DNA of 64,000 bases from an uncultured Gemmatimonadaceae bacterium (GCA_963843845.1 CAWJMB010000002.1:768001-832000); one strand, 5' to 3'; counted from the stretch's first letter, positions 1-10,028 are shown. Notes: generated by a model from the letters alone, not told the origin. A program made the numbers and translations.

Positions 1-54
1 AACCGTGCTCCAGGCCCAGCCCCGCGGAAGCATAGGATGCTCGGCGTTCGTCAA
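1..54 (-). CDS. hsdS: Type I restriction-modification specificity subunit, N-terminus only (runs off window)
   Basis: Minus strand reads (TTG)TNAEHP-MLPRGWAWSTV. LPxGWxW is the typical HsdS N-terminus. TTG at 54 overlaps the hsdR stop (TTGA); alternative ATG at 33. Confidence 0.7.
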   Translation of the reverse strand, partial: MTNAEHPMLPRGWAWSTV

Positions 55-2966
55 GCCGCCACCACCGCGGTCATTTCGTCGAGCACGTTCCGCAATTCAT
101 TCCCGAAAGCCCGATACGCCGCGCCGAGCCCCCCGCGCTGGGCGAACGGCGGATACTCGAAGTCGTCCACGCCGATCTCCAAGTTCGCGGCCACGTGGTC
201 GCGAATTGCTTCCAGCCACGCCAACTGGTCGGGATTGAACCGACGACCGCTCGACTCCATCCGCGCCAGCCATGCGTCGAACCGCCGCCGCGCGACCTCG
301 GGCCACGGCGCGAGCGCGTCGTCGCGGTGCAGCGCGAAGCGCACGAGCGACACGACGTCGGTCAGCAGCCGCGTCGGCCGACCGCGCACGCGCGTTCGAT
401 CGAGCGTCTCGTACGCGGCCCATACCGCCTCGGGCGCGAGCGGCGGCTTCGACTCCGCGAGCACGCGCGCCAGCTCCTCGACCGCCTCGCGCGTGAGCCG
501 CTTCCCCTCGGGCGAGCCGTAGAGCAGCGCGAGCGCCACGTACTCGTCGCGGTGCGCGGCGAGGAACTGCTCGAAGCTCGTCGTCAGCGACAGCGCCCGC
601 TCCTTCGCCTCGGCCGAGAGGTCGGCCGACAGCAGCTCGTCGCGACTCACCTCGTCGATCACCTGCTCGAGCGACCGCTTGAGGTCCACGCAGCCGAGCG
701 CGGAGCTGCGGGTTCGACACGAGCGGGCCCAACGCCTCGCCGATGAGCGCCGCGCGCGTCGCGGCGAGCTGCGCGTCGCTCGGCTCGGCGTCGGCGGCGC
801 CGGCCGTGCGCGCGCCGCGCCTCGGCGAGCTGCCAGTCGGGATCGAGCGCGTCGACGATGCGGTGCGCGAGCGCTTGCAGCGTCACGCCGCCCGACGACG
901 CGGCGACCGACGCGCGCTCCTCCTTGCCGAGCTGCCGGTCGAGGCGCGCGAGCCGGCTCGCGACCGTCGACGCCACGTCCGGGTCGACGCTCCCCATCGC
1001 CACGTGCTGCAGCAGCTTCTCGAGGCTCACCGTCGGCTGGCGCTCGAGCGGCTGCGAGTCGCTCATCTCCTCCTCGGAGACGCCGACGCAGTCGACGATG
1101 ACGAAGCGCGTCTTCGCCGTCGCGTCGGGTGTCACCGCCTTGAGGTCGTCCGGGCGGATGACGCGCACGCCGCGCCCCTTCATCTGCTCGAACAGCGTGC
1201 GGCTCTTCACCGTGCGGAAGAACCAGAGCACCTCGAGCGGCTTCACGTCGGTGCCGGTGGCGATCATGTCCACCGTGACCGCGATGCGCGGGTGGTACGA
1301 GTTGCGGAAGCTCTGGAGCAGGTCCTCCGGCCGCACGCCGCTCGACTTGTAGGTCACCCGCTCGACCGTCGTGCCGTCCGGCCCTGGCACCCGCTCGACG
1401 ATGCGCGCGGTGCCGGTCTTGTACGTGATCTTCTGCACCGCGTCGTTGCCTAACGACAGCTCGTCGCGGAGGATCTTCACGATGTCGTCGGCGTGGCTGT
1501 CGTCTTTCGCGAAGACGAGCGTCTTCGGGACGTGCGTGCGCTCGGGGAAGACCGACGGCAGGAACTGGTCGCGGAACGCGCGCACGACCGTGCGGATCTG
1601 GTCCGGCGCCACGACGTCGCGGTCGAGGGCGGCGGCGGCGTAGGAGAACTCCTCGTCGAGCTTCTCCCAGCCGCTTGCGTCGCGTCTCGCGCTCGCGGAA
1701 CTGCAACACCTGCTCGGCTTCGACCGTCGAGCCCTGCTCGGTGATCCGCGTGCGGATGCGATAGACGTCGAAATCCACGTTCACGCCGTCGGCCACGGCC
1801 TGCTCGTGGCCGTACTCCATCACGAGGTTTCCCTGAAAGAAGCCGTACGTCTGCTTCGCGGGCGTCGCCGTGAGGCCGACGAGGAACGCGTCCCAGTATT
1901 CGACGACCTGCCGCCAGAGCGTGTAGATGGAGCGGTGCGCCTCGTCGATGAAGACGAGCTCGAACGCTTCGATGGGAAGGTGAGCGTTGTAGACGACGGG
2001 GAGCGGGTCCTTGCGCAGCGCGTCGAGCCCGGTGAGCGCCCGGCCCGCGTCGCCGCTCGACTCTTCGTCCAGCGCCGGCGGCAGCTCGGGGTCGCCCTTG
2101 AGCATGGAGTACAGGCGCTGCACCGTGCCGATCACGACGCGCGCCACCGGGTCGAGCTTGTTCGACGTCAGGAGCTGCACGTTGTAGAGCTCCGTGAACA
2201 GCCGCCCGTCGTCGGGTGTGCGGTAGCTCTGGAACTCCTTGAGCGCCTGCCGCCCGAGGTTCGCGCGGTCGACGAGGAAGAGCACGCGGTGGGCGTCGGC
2301 GAACTTGATCAGACGGTAGATGCTCGTGACCGCCGTGTACGTCTTGCCAGAGCCCGTGGCCATCTGCACGAGCGCGCGCGGACGGTTTCTGGCGAGCGAC
2401 GCCTCGAGCTGTCGCACGGTCGCGAGCTGCGCGGGCCAGAGCGCGCCCGCGTCGACGCCGGGCATGGCCGTCAGCCGCGCGCGGAGCGTGGCCGGGCGCA
2501 GCGAGAGCGGGTGCGGCTGCCCGTCGACCTGCGGAAGCCAGAGCGGATCTTCGGCCAGCCACTCGGCGATCGTCTCCGGGCGGTGAAACGCGAACACGTC
2601 CCGCGCCTTGGGGGTCGGGTCGAGGCGATTCGTGAACCGCGTCTCGACGCCGGTCGACTGGTACAGGAACGGCAGCGGCCGCACTGGAGCCGGGACGTGT
2701 GCGGGGAGCCCGGCTCCGTACTTCTCGGCCTGCAGCTCTACGCCGGTGAGCGTGGTCCCCGCTCTCTTCGCCTCGATCACGCCGACGGCCTGCCGGTCGA
2801 CGTAGAGCAGGTAGTCGGCGAACCCGTGCGCGCCGAGCGGGAACTCGCGGACGGCGACGCCGCGTCCGGCGGCGAGGTTGAGTGACGCGACGTCCTGCGC
2901 CACCCACCCGGCGTCGGCGAGTGCGCGGTCGATCTGGTCGCGGGCGGTGGCTTCCGGGGTCGGCAG
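51..2966 (-). CDS. hsdR: Type I restriction enzyme R subunit (EcoEI-like), split by about 3 indels
   Basis: Motifs: PEATARDQID..GW, ADYLLY..VIEAK nuclease, MATGSGKT Walker A, IDEAHRS, GLTATP, TVDMIATGTDV, FEQMKGRG, and C-terminal FEYPPFAQRGG. Frames switch near 1670, 800 and 690. Start uncertain (CTG near 2966). Confidence 0.92.
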   Translation of the reverse strand: MPTPEATARDQIDRALADAGWVAQDVASLNLAAGRGVAVREFPLGAHGFADYLLYVDRQAVGVIEAKRAGTTLTGVELQAEKYGAGLPAHVPAPVRPLPFLYQSTGVETRFTNRLDPTPKARDVFAFHRPETIAEWLAEDPLWLPQVDGQPHPLSLRPATLRARLTAMPGVDAGALWPAQLATVRQLEASLARNRPRALVQMATGSGKTYTAVTSIYRLIKFADAHRVLFLVDRANLGRQALKEFQSYRTPDDGRLFTELYNVQLLTSNKLDPVARVVIGTVQRLYSMLKGDPELPPALDEESSGDAGRALTGLDALRKDPLPVVYNAHLPIEAFELVFIDEAHRSIYTLWRQVVEYWDAFLVGLTATPAKQTYGFFQGNLVMEYGHEQAVADGVNVDFDVYRIRTRITEQGSTVEAEQVLQFRERETRRKRLGEARRGVLLRRRRPRPRRRGAGPDPHGRARVPRPVPAVGLPRAHARPEDARLRERRQPRRRHREDPPRRAVVRQRRGAEDHVQDRHRAHRRAGARAGRHDGRAGDLQVERRAAGGPAPELPQLVPPAHRGHGGHDRHRHRREAARGALVLPHGEEPHAVRADEGARRARHPPGRPQGGDTRRDGEDALRHRRLRRRLRGGDERLAAARAPADGEPREAAAARGDGERRPGRGVDGREPARAPRPAARQGGARVGRRVVGRRDAASARAPHRRRARSRLAARRGAARARPAPPTPSRATRSSPRRARRSSARRWARSCRTRSSALGCVDLKRSLEQVIDEVSRDELLSADLSAEAKERALSLTTSFEQFLAAHRDEYVALALLYGSPEGKRLTREAVEELARVLAESKPPLAPEAVWAAYETLDRTRVRGRPTRLLTDVVSLVRFALHRDDALAPWPEVARRRFDAWLARMESSGRRFNPDQLAWLEAIRDHVAANLEIGVDDFEYPPFAQRGGLGAAYRAFGNELRNVLDEMTAVVAA

Positions 2967-3034
2967 GGGCGCGTGGTGAGCAGTGTGCGCAACGTATCGC
3001 GCGCTCGCCCGCGTCGGCCAGTCGCGTTCCGCGG

Positions 3035-3523
3035 TTACGGCATCAGCGCGACGCGCGCGGCGGGCGCCCCGAAGATGGTCGGCGCCGCGAGCCGCCGCTG
3101 CGAGAACGTCCACCGCTGCTCGCGCAGCGCCGCGAGCGGCTGCGCCGTCGTGACCGCGGCGCCGAGGCCGCGCAGCGCGGGCGTCGGTTGCAGCGTCGCG
3201 GCGGGGTCGGCGCGCACGACGAGCTGCACGACGCCCGCCGTGTCCGCGGCCGCGGGGATGCGCAGCGTGGTCCGCGCGCCCGCCGCGACGCGCCCGAGTC
3301 GCCACTCGCGCCGCTCGCCGACGAGCGAGACCGTCACCGCGACGGGCGCCTCGTTGTCGAACGCGAGCACGGCGGCGGTGTTCGGCGGGGCCGCCGTGGT
3401 GACGCCGGCGGCCGGCGTGACATGTGACCGGGTGGCGGCGCAGGCGGCGAGCGTGAGCGTCGCGGCGAGCGCGGCGGCGCGGGTAATGTGAGAGGCGGCG
3501 GTGCGAATGCGTGTGGCGGTCAT
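3035..3523 (-). CDS. Hypothetical lipoprotein
   Basis: MTATRIR... signal peptide with lipobox LTLAAC and a GGAG RBS upstream; divergent from the ECF sigma factor. Confidence 0.65.
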   Translation of the reverse strand: MTATRIRTAASHITRAAALAATLTLAACAATRSHVTPAAGVTTAAPPNTAAVLAFDNEAPVAVTVSLVGERREWRLGRVAAGARTTLRIPAAADTAGVVQLVVRADPAATLQPTPALRGLGAAVTTAQPLAALREQRWTFSQRRLAAPTIFGAPAARVALMP

Positions 3524-3674
3524 CGTCGATGCTCCGTGTTGAGAAATCGGTCGCGCTCGGCGCCCTGTTCGCGCCGTTTCCCATAGCGCGGAAAACGCGC
3601 GGAAACCCACTCACCGGCTCACCGGCCCGCGTCTCCCTGGCACGGACGGCCGTCGTCGCATCATCCTTTCGGTC

Positions 3675-4289
3675 ATGGCGGACCATTCCAAACGCGACGA
3701 GACGCCCGGCGTCACCGAGCTGCTGCGTGCCTGGAACGACGGCGACGCCGAGGCGTCGGACGCGCTCGCGCCGCTCGTGTACGCCGAACTGCGGCGGCAG
3801 GCCGAGCGCACGCTGCGGCGCGAGGGGGAGGGGCACACGCTGCAGGCCGACGGCGCTCGTCCACGAGGCGTGGATGCGGCTCGACGGGCAGCGCGACGCG
3901 CGGTGGGAGAGCCGCTCGCAGTTCTTCGCCGTCGCCGCGCAGACGATGCGGCGCGTCCTCGTCGACCACGCGCGCACGCGGCTCGCGCAGAAGCGGGGCG
4001 GCGACGGCACGCGCGTCACGTTGGGCGCGGTCGACCGCGCCGGCGCCGACGCGGGCGGGCCGGCCGCGGCGCAGGGGTCGCTCGACGCGGTCGATCTGCT
4101 CGCGCTCGACGACGCCCTGCGACGGCTCGCCGAGCTCGACCCGAAGAAGGCGCGGCTCGTCGAGCTGCGCTACTTCGCGGGGCTCAGCATCCCGGAAACG
4201 GCGGCCGCGATGGGGATCTCGCAGGCGACGGTGGGGCGCGAGTGGGCGGTCGCGCGCATGTGGCTGCGGCGGGAGCTGCGACGGGGTGA
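3675..4289 (+). CDS. ECF sigma factor, Ser/Thr-kinase-associated (TIGR02999-like), frameshift near 3845
   Basis: VTELLRAW..GD, LVYAELRR, HTLQPTALVHEAW, FFAVAAQTMRRVLVDHAR, LDDALRRL, VELRYFAGLS..ETA, REWAVARMWL. End is approximate (4289-4301). Confidence 0.88.
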   Translation: MADHSKRDETPGVTELLRAWNDGDAEASDALAPLVYAELRRQAERTLRREGEGHTLQADGARPRGVDAARRAARRAVGEPLAVLRRRRADDAARPRRPRAHAARAEAGRRRHARHVGRGRPRRRRRGRAGRGAGVARRGRSARARRRPATARRARPEEGAARRAALLRGAQHPGNGGRDGDLAGDGGARVGGRAHVAAAGAATG

Positions 4290-4297
4290 CCGCGCCG

Positions 4298-5572
4298 ATG
4301 ACCCCCGACCGCTGGCAGGCGGTCGACGCGGTCCTGCAGCGGCGCGCTCGACGTGCGACCCGGCGCGCCGCGACGCGTTCGTGATCGACGGCGTGCCGTG
4401 ACGACGCCGCGCTCCGGCGCGAGGTCGTGTCGCTGCTCGCCGCGCACGATGGGATGCGCGACGACTTCCTGGAGCGGCCGGCCGGGCGGTCGGTCGCGGC
4501 GCTGCTCGACGAGCTGGCGCCCACGCCGACGCGCGCTCGCCAGGCACGCCGGCCGCGCCGCCGACCGAGGCGCGCCGCGTCTCGGCGCGCACCTTCGTCT
4601 CCGCGCTGGTGGTCACGTTCGCCGTCGGACTCGGTGCGGGGGTGTGGCTCGCGCGGTCGGCGGCGCGCGGCGCGGCGTTCGTGGAGCGCGTGGCCGTCGC
4701 GCCGCCGGCGATGCCGTCGACCGGGGACGCGATCGCCTCTCCGGCCGCGGCGAGCGAGCAGCCGCTCGTCGTGCTCGATCGCGCCGGCCGCACGGTGCGC
4801 GGGTTCGTCGCGAATCGGCCGTGGACGCCGCGCTTCTCGCCGGACGGCCGGCGCCTCGCGTACGGCGCGTTCGGGGCCGAGCGGGGCACGAGCGACGTGT
4901 GGATCACCGACATCGAGCTCGGCGCGACGCGGCGGCTGACCGACGACGGCGACGACGCGAACGACCCGCAGTGGAGCGCCGACGGCGCGGACGATCGTGT
5001 ACTCCGTGAACGCGCCGGGCGGGAAGGACCTCGTCGCGCAGCGGATCGACGGCGGCGCGCGGCGCGTCGTCGCGGCGCGCGACGGAACCCAGTTCGCGAG
5101 CGACTGGCTGCGCGACGGCAGCGCCCTGCTCGTCGTCGAGGACCGGAGTGGCGCGGGGCATCGCGACATCCTCGTGCAGCCGGTCGACGGATCGCCGGCC
5201 CGCCCGTACGCCGCGACGGCCGCCGACGAGACGGCGGCGCGCATCTCCCCCGACCGGCGGTGGGTCGCCTACACGTCCGACGTGTCCGGCCGCGCCGAGG
5301 TGTATGTCGACGCGTACCCGCGCGCCGGACGACCCGTGCTGCTGTCGCGCGGGGGCGGCGTCCACCCGGTGTGGCGCGGCGACGGGCGCGAGCTGTACTA
5401 CTGGCGCGACGGCGCCCTCGTCGCGGTGACGCTCGACCCGGGGAGCGGCGGTGCGCGGCCGACCGCCGCCGCCGAGCGCGTGCTCTTCCGCGCGGACTAT
5501 CCGGGCGGGTTCAATACGATGTACGACGTCTCGCCGGACGGGTCGCGCTTCGTCGTCGTGCGCGCCCGCTGA
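4298..5572 (+). CDS. Membrane protein with kinase-type N-terminal helical region and TolB/PD40 beta-propeller but no kinase domain (several indels)
   Basis: MTPDRWQAVDAVL..LRREVVSLLAAH..FLERPA, a TM segment (VVTFAVGLGAGVWL), then PRFSPDG, PQWSADG, ISPDRRWVAY, PVWRGDGRELYY, YDVSPDGSRF. Confidence 0.75.
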
Positions 5573-5586
5573 GCGGGTTCTCGCGC

Positions 5587-5859
5587 CTACGTCGCCTTCC
5601 GGAGCGCGGAGGGCTTGTGTGCGGCGACGTCGCCGCTCGTGTCGCTCCGAACGAGATACTCGGGGTTCTCGGGCGACGCGGCGACGTGGTGCTGCTCGAT
5701 CGTCGTCGCGCGCGTGAGCTTCCGCTCGACGGTGCCGTGCGTGCGCCCCTGCGACGTCTCCCACGCGACGTGGTCGCCCTGCTTGAACGTCGTCGTGGCC
5801 GCAGCTTTCTTCGCGGTCTTCGTCGCACTCTTCTTCGTGGCCTGTTTCCGCGTCGCCAT
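5587..5859 (-). CDS. DUF2945/HVA1-like small protein
   Basis: FKQGDHVAW..G.THGTV, ASPENPEYLVRSDTSG..AAHKPSAL; GGAGG RBS. Confidence 0.85.
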   Translation of the reverse strand: MATRKQATKKSATKTAKKAAATTTFKQGDHVAWETSQGRTHGTVERKLTRATTIEQHHVAASPENPEYLVRSDTSGDVAAHKPSALRKAT

Positions 5860-5881
5860 CCTCCCCTCCTCCCAGTGACAG

Positions 5882-6349
5882 GTGTCTGACCAGAACGCAG
5901 AGCGCATTCCACTCGACCTGCTCGCCGGCGTCGAGGCCGGGCCGGGGATCACCGTGCTCCGCGCCCTCGGCGCGCCCGGCGACAGCCCGCGCGGCTGGAA
6001 CGGCATCCGCTACAAGACCGGGCTCTCGGCGAAGAACGTCGGCGCGCGGCACCTGTCGATGAACGTCGCGACGATCCCCCCCGGCGGCGTCGCGTACGCG
6101 CACATCCACGTGGATTTCGAGGTGATGCTCTACATCCTCGCCGGCCGCGTGCGCCACGAGTACGGCCCGTCGCTCGAGCACGCGGTCGACAACGCCGCCG
6201 GCGACTTCATCTTCATCGAGCCCGGCGTGCCGCACGAGGTCCTCAACCTCAGCGACACCGAGCCCGTGATGGCCGTCGTCGCGCGCTCCGACGCGAGCGA
6301 GTGGGAGCACATCGTCGACGTGCCGAGCGCGCGCCGCCCGGGCGGCTGA
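5882..6349 (+). CDS. Cupin (RmlC-like) domain protein
   Basis: IPPGG..AHIH..FE..YILAG and GDFIFIEPGVPHE cupin motifs; start uncertain. Confidence 0.85.
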   Translation: MSDQNAERIPLDLLAGVEAGPGITVLRALGAPGDSPRGWNGIRYKTGLSAKNVGARHLSMNVATIPPGGVAYAHIHVDFEVMLYILAGRVRHEYGPSLEHAVDNAAGDFIFIEPGVPHEVLNLSDTEPVMAVVARSDASEWEHIVDVPSARRPGG

Positions 6350-6353
6350 CGGG

Positions 6354-9287
6354 TCAGACCGCCGCCCCCTGCTGCACGCGCTCGAACAGCCGCGTCGTCT
6401 CGCGCGCCGGCGTCGTCTCCAGCTCGGCCTTCAGCCGGTCCGCGAAGCGGCGGTAGGCGCGGAGCGCCTGCGGCCGCTCGCCGAGCTGCACGTGGCAGCG
6501 CATGAGCGCCTGCAGCGCGTCCTCGTGCAGCTCGTCGCGCGCCAGCACGCGGCGGTAGACCTCGGCCGCCTTCTCCGGGCGCTCCTCGGCGAGCAGGCGG
6601 GCGCCTAACGTCATCAGCGCGTCCACGTAGAGCCGCTGCAGGCGGTCGCGGTGCTCGACGTGCCAGTCGCCGACCGGCTCGCCGTCGAGCAGGTCGCCCC
6701 GGAACGACGCGAGCGCCCCCTCCATGAGCGCCGACGCCCCCGGCTGCTGCCGCGTCAGCGCGCGCCGCGCGGCGGCGACGTCGCGCTCGAACTCGGCGAC
6801 GTCGAACGACGCGACGAGCGCCGGGTCGACGCGGTAGCGCTCGTGCGCGAGCGTCACCCAGTCGGCGCCGCCCAACGCCTTGCGCAGCCGGTGCAGCGTG
6901 ACGTGGAAGCTGTTGCGGAGCTGCGCCGCGCTCGCGTCGGGCCAGAACGCGAGCCCGACCTGCTCCTTCGTCCGCCCCTCGGGGTGCAGCAGCAGGTAGA
7001 CGAGCAGCTCGCGCGGCCGCGCCGAGCCCCACGCCGCGGCGTCGACGCGCCGGTCGCCGACGGACACCTGCAGCGGGCCGAGCGCCGCGACGCGCAGCCG
7101 CGGCGGCTCGCTTACCCCTCCCACGCGCGGCGACGCCGGCGCGGCCCCACCCTCGGCCGCGACCCCGGCCTCGGCCGCCGGCGCCGTCACGGCGCGCAGC
7201 TCGGTGGTGTGGCGCGCCGCCTCGGCGAACGCCATCGCCACCGCCTCCGCCGTCGACAGCGCGCGCCCCTCGGCGAAGAGCGCGTCGGTGCGCTCGCCGA
7301 GCGCGTCGCGCAGCCGCGCCTGGAGCGCGGCGTGGTCCGCCGGGGCGGGGCCGGAGATCGACATCGAGGTACGCTCGCGGTGCGCGTCGACCGCGGCGAG
7401 CAGCCGCGCCGCGTCCTCCGCGCGCCCGCGCCGCTCGGCGACGATCGCCGCGACGTCGAGCGCGAGCGCCGTCCCCCACGCGTCGCCGAGCCGCGTCTCG
7501 ATGTCGAGCGACTCGGCCATCGCGCGGCAGCTCGCCTCGACGTCGCCGCGCGCCGCGTCGATGCGGGCGAGCATGGCGAGCGAGTGGCCGAGCGTGACCG
7601 GCAGCGCGTGCGCGCGCGCCATGTCGACGTTGCCCTGCACGAGCGCGCGCGCGAACGCGAGCTCGCCGCGCACGTAGCCCGCCCAGCCGCGCCAGAAGCG
7701 AGCGAAGATGAGCCCCGGGTCGCTCGGCGGGAGGCCCCGCGCCACGACGAGCGACTCCTCGAGCAGCGCGATCGCGCCGTCCAGGTCGCCGTTCATCATC
7801 GTCGCCGCGCCGAACTTCGCGAGCAGGGTCGCGAGCTCGCTCGCCGGCGCCCCGGCGCGCACGACCGGCAGCGCCTCGGCGTACTGCGCGATCGAGAGCG
7901 CGTACCGCCCCTCGGCCGTCCCGCTCAGCGCGCTCGCGCAGAGCGCGCGGGCGCGCACGATCGGCGCCACCGGCCAGTCGACGGCGAGCGCGCGCGTCAT
8001 CACCTGCCGCGCCTCGCGGAACTGCCCCTTCGCGTACCAGAACCAGAACGTCGCGTGCACGAAGCGCAGCGCGACCTCGGCGCGCGAGGGCTCGGCGAGC
8101 GCCCACGTCCACGCGGCGCGGAAGTTGTCGTTCTCGAGCGTCAGCCGCTCGACGAGCCCCGGGAGCTGCGAGCCGCCGACGAGCAGCGGCATCGCCGTCT
8201 CGATGACCGCGAGGTAGTGCCGGGCGTGCCGCTCGGCCACCGCGGCGCCCTCGTCGGCCTCGGCCAGGCGCTCGACGCCGTACTGCCGAACGGTTTCGAG
8301 CAGCCGGTAGCGCGCCTCGCCGTCGCCGGGGTCCATGACGACGAGCGACTTGTCGACGAGCGCCGAGACGCCGTCGAGGATGTCGTCGACGTCGAGCGGC
8401 GGGCCGGCGCAGACGGCCTCCGCGGCGTCGAGCGTGAAGCCGCCCGCGAAGATCGCGAGGCGCCGCAGCAGCACCTGCTCGCGCGCGGCGAGGAGGCCGA
8501 AGCTCCACTCCATCGTCGCGCGCAGCGTGCGGTGGCGCGGGAGCGCCGTGCGGCTGCCGGCGGAGAGCAGGCGGAACGCGTCGTGGAGCCGCGCCGCGAT
8601 CTGCTCGGGCGTCAGCACACGCACGCGCGCCGCGGCGAGCTCGATGGCGAGCGGGATGCCGTCGAGCCGGCGGCAGATCTCGTTCACCGCCTCGGCGTTC
8701 GCCGGTGTGAGCGCGAACGACGGCAGCGCGGTCTGCGCGCGCTCGACGAACAGCTGCCCCGCCTCGGCGCTCGCGAGCGGCGGCACGAGCCACGCCGTCT
8801 CGCTCGCCACGCCGAGCGCCTCGCGGCTCGTGGCGAGGATCGTCAGCGCCGGGCAGGCGCGGAGCAGCGCGTCGGCGAGCACGGCGCACGCCTCGACGAG
8901 GTGCTCGCAGTTGTCGAGCACGAGCAGCGTGCGCGTCTCGCCGATCGACTCGACGATCGCGCGGAGGGGCGTGAGGTCGGCACGCTCGGGGACGTGCAGC
9001 GCCGTCGCGACCGTGAGCGCGAGCAGCTCCGCGTCGCCCAACGGCGCGAGGTCGACCCACGCCACGCGGTCGGCCGGCGCGGCGTGCGCCGCGGTCTCGC
9101 GCGCGAGGCGCGTCTTGCCGCTGCCGCCGGCGCCGGTCAGCGTGACGAGCCGCGCCGTGGCGACGAGTCGGGCGAGGTCCGCGAGCTCGCGGCCGCGGCC
9201 GACGAAGCGGGTGAGGTGCACCGGGAGCTCGGCGGCCGCGGGGAGCGCGGCGGCCGGCGCGACGGCGGTCGGCGCGTCAGTCGGCAT
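6354..9287 (-). CDS. AfsR/SARP-family regulator: ATPase + TPR + C-terminal winged helix/BTAD
   Basis: GAGGSGKT, LLVLDNCEH, LDGIPLAIELAAA, RYRLLETVRQY, TPR-like helices, then LGPLQV..FWPD..LHRLRKALG and the BTAD-like DELHEDALQALMR. Confidence 0.9.
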   Translation of the reverse strand: MPTDAPTAVAPAAALPAAAELPVHLTRFVGRGRELADLARLVATARLVTLTGAGGSGKTRLARETAAHAAPADRVAWVDLAPLGDAELLALTVATALHVPERADLTPLRAIVESIGETRTLLVLDNCEHLVEACAVLADALLRACPALTILATSREALGVASETAWLVPPLASAEAGQLFVERAQTALPSFALTPANAEAVNEICRRLDGIPLAIELAAARVRVLTPEQIAARLHDAFRLLSAGSRTALPRHRTLRATMEWSFGLLAAREQVLLRRLAIFAGGFTLDAAEAVCAGPPLDVDDILDGVSALVDKSLVVMDPGDGEARYRLLETVRQYGVERLAEADEGAAVAERHARHYLAVIETAMPLLVGGSQLPGLVERLTLENDNFRAAWTWALAEPSRAEVALRFVHATFWFWYAKGQFREARQVMTRALAVDWPVAPIVRARALCASALSGTAEGRYALSIAQYAEALPVVRAGAPASELATLLAKFGAATMMNGDLDGAIALLEESLVVARGLPPSDPGLIFARFWRGWAGYVRGELAFARALVQGNVDMARAHALPVTLGHSLAMLARIDAARGDVEASCRAMAESLDIETRLGDAWGTALALDVAAIVAERRGRAEDAARLLAAVDAHRERTSMSISGPAPADHAALQARLRDALGERTDALFAEGRALSTAEAVAMAFAEAARHTTELRAVTAPAAEAGVAAEGGAAPASPRVGGVSEPPRLRVAALGPLQVSVGDRRVDAAAWGSARPRELLVYLLLHPEGRTKEQVGLAFWPDASAAQLRNSFHVTLHRLRKALGGADWVTLAHERYRVDPALVASFDVAEFERDVAAARRALTRQQPGASALMEGALASFRGDLLDGEPVGDWHVEHRDRLQRLYVDALMTLGARLLAEERPEKAAEVYRRVLARDELHEDALQALMRCHVQLGERPQALRAYRRFADRLKAELETTPARETTRLFERVQQGAAV

Positions 9288-9365
9288 CGGCGGGCGGAGC
9301 GGCGTGGGGCGGGCGCGGCGCGGGGACGGGACGCCGTGTCACGATACGATTCCGCGCGGAGCGCA

Positions 9366-9926
9366 TCAACCGCCGCGCGGCGCCCCCCCGTCCGGACCCC
9401 GCACGAACGCGGCGATGAGCGGCAGCACCTCCCCCGCCGGCCGCCCGCGCCGCACGACGAGCAGCGGGACCGCGCTGCGGTGCGCCGAGCTGTCGAGCGC
9501 GCCGTCGAGCGCCACGTCGTCGCGGCCGCCCGTGCCGTCGGGCACGAGCACGAGCCGCGCGATCGGCTCGGCGTCGCGGAGCGCGAGCTCGAGCGCCGGC
9601 AGGCACACCCCGTCCGCCGCGACGAGCGCGACGTCGGTGGCGCCGAGCGCCTCGAGGAACTCGGCCAGCCACGCCGTGAGGTCCGTGCCCGCGCCGGGGA
9701 CTTCCGGGGTGACGAGCCGGCAGCACCCGGCGAGCAGCGCGCCGAGCTCCGGCCACAGCGGCGCGTCGGGGCGGTCGTCGCGCGAGACGAGGACGACGAC
9801 GGGGCCGGAGCCGGCGCGGCGGTAGCGCGTGACGCGGCCGTGGGCGCGCGCCTCGAGCCAGGGAAGGGCGTGCGGCTGCGGCGACCCGTCGGCCGCGCTG
9901 GCGGCGGACTTCAGCGAGGAAGACAT
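9366..9926 (-). CDS. Degenerate alpha/beta-hydrolase-fold protein
   Basis: RYRRAGSGPVVVLV, LAEFLEALG..VALVA and RLVLV resemble the hydrolase fold, but there is no GxSxG motif. Confidence 0.6.
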   Translation of the reverse strand: MSSSLKSAASAADGSPQPHALPWLEARAHGRVTRYRRAGSGPVVVLVSRDDRPDAPLWPELGALLAGCCRLVTPEVPGAGTDLTAWLAEFLEALGATDVALVAADGVCLPALELALRDAEPIARLVLVPDGTGGRDDVALDGALDSSAHRSAVPLLVVRRGRPAGEVLPLIAAFVRGPDGGAPRGG

Positions 9927-9933
9927 GGCGCGG

Positions 9934-9965
9934 ACGCTAGGGCGCGGTGCTTACGGAGCGCTTAC
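9934..9965 (-). promoter_or_regulatory. SARP-type operator/promoter: GTAAGC x2 (11 bp period), 9 bp, TAGCGT (-10)
   Basis: Minus strand GTAAGC-gctcc-GTAAGC-accgcgccc-TAGCGT-7 nt-ATG(9926). Confidence 0.6.
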
Positions 9966-10028
9966 GGCGGTCGCGCCCCGGTCGCAACCGGGGTGCGCCC
10001 CGGGTCGCGGCGAGCGGAGCGGTCGGCG

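Noticed and set aside
51..4019. 1322-aa ORF as a single protein
   Set aside because: It is chimeric: the first ~350 aa are antisense or off-frame to the ECF and lipoprotein genes, and part of the middle is off-frame hsdR.
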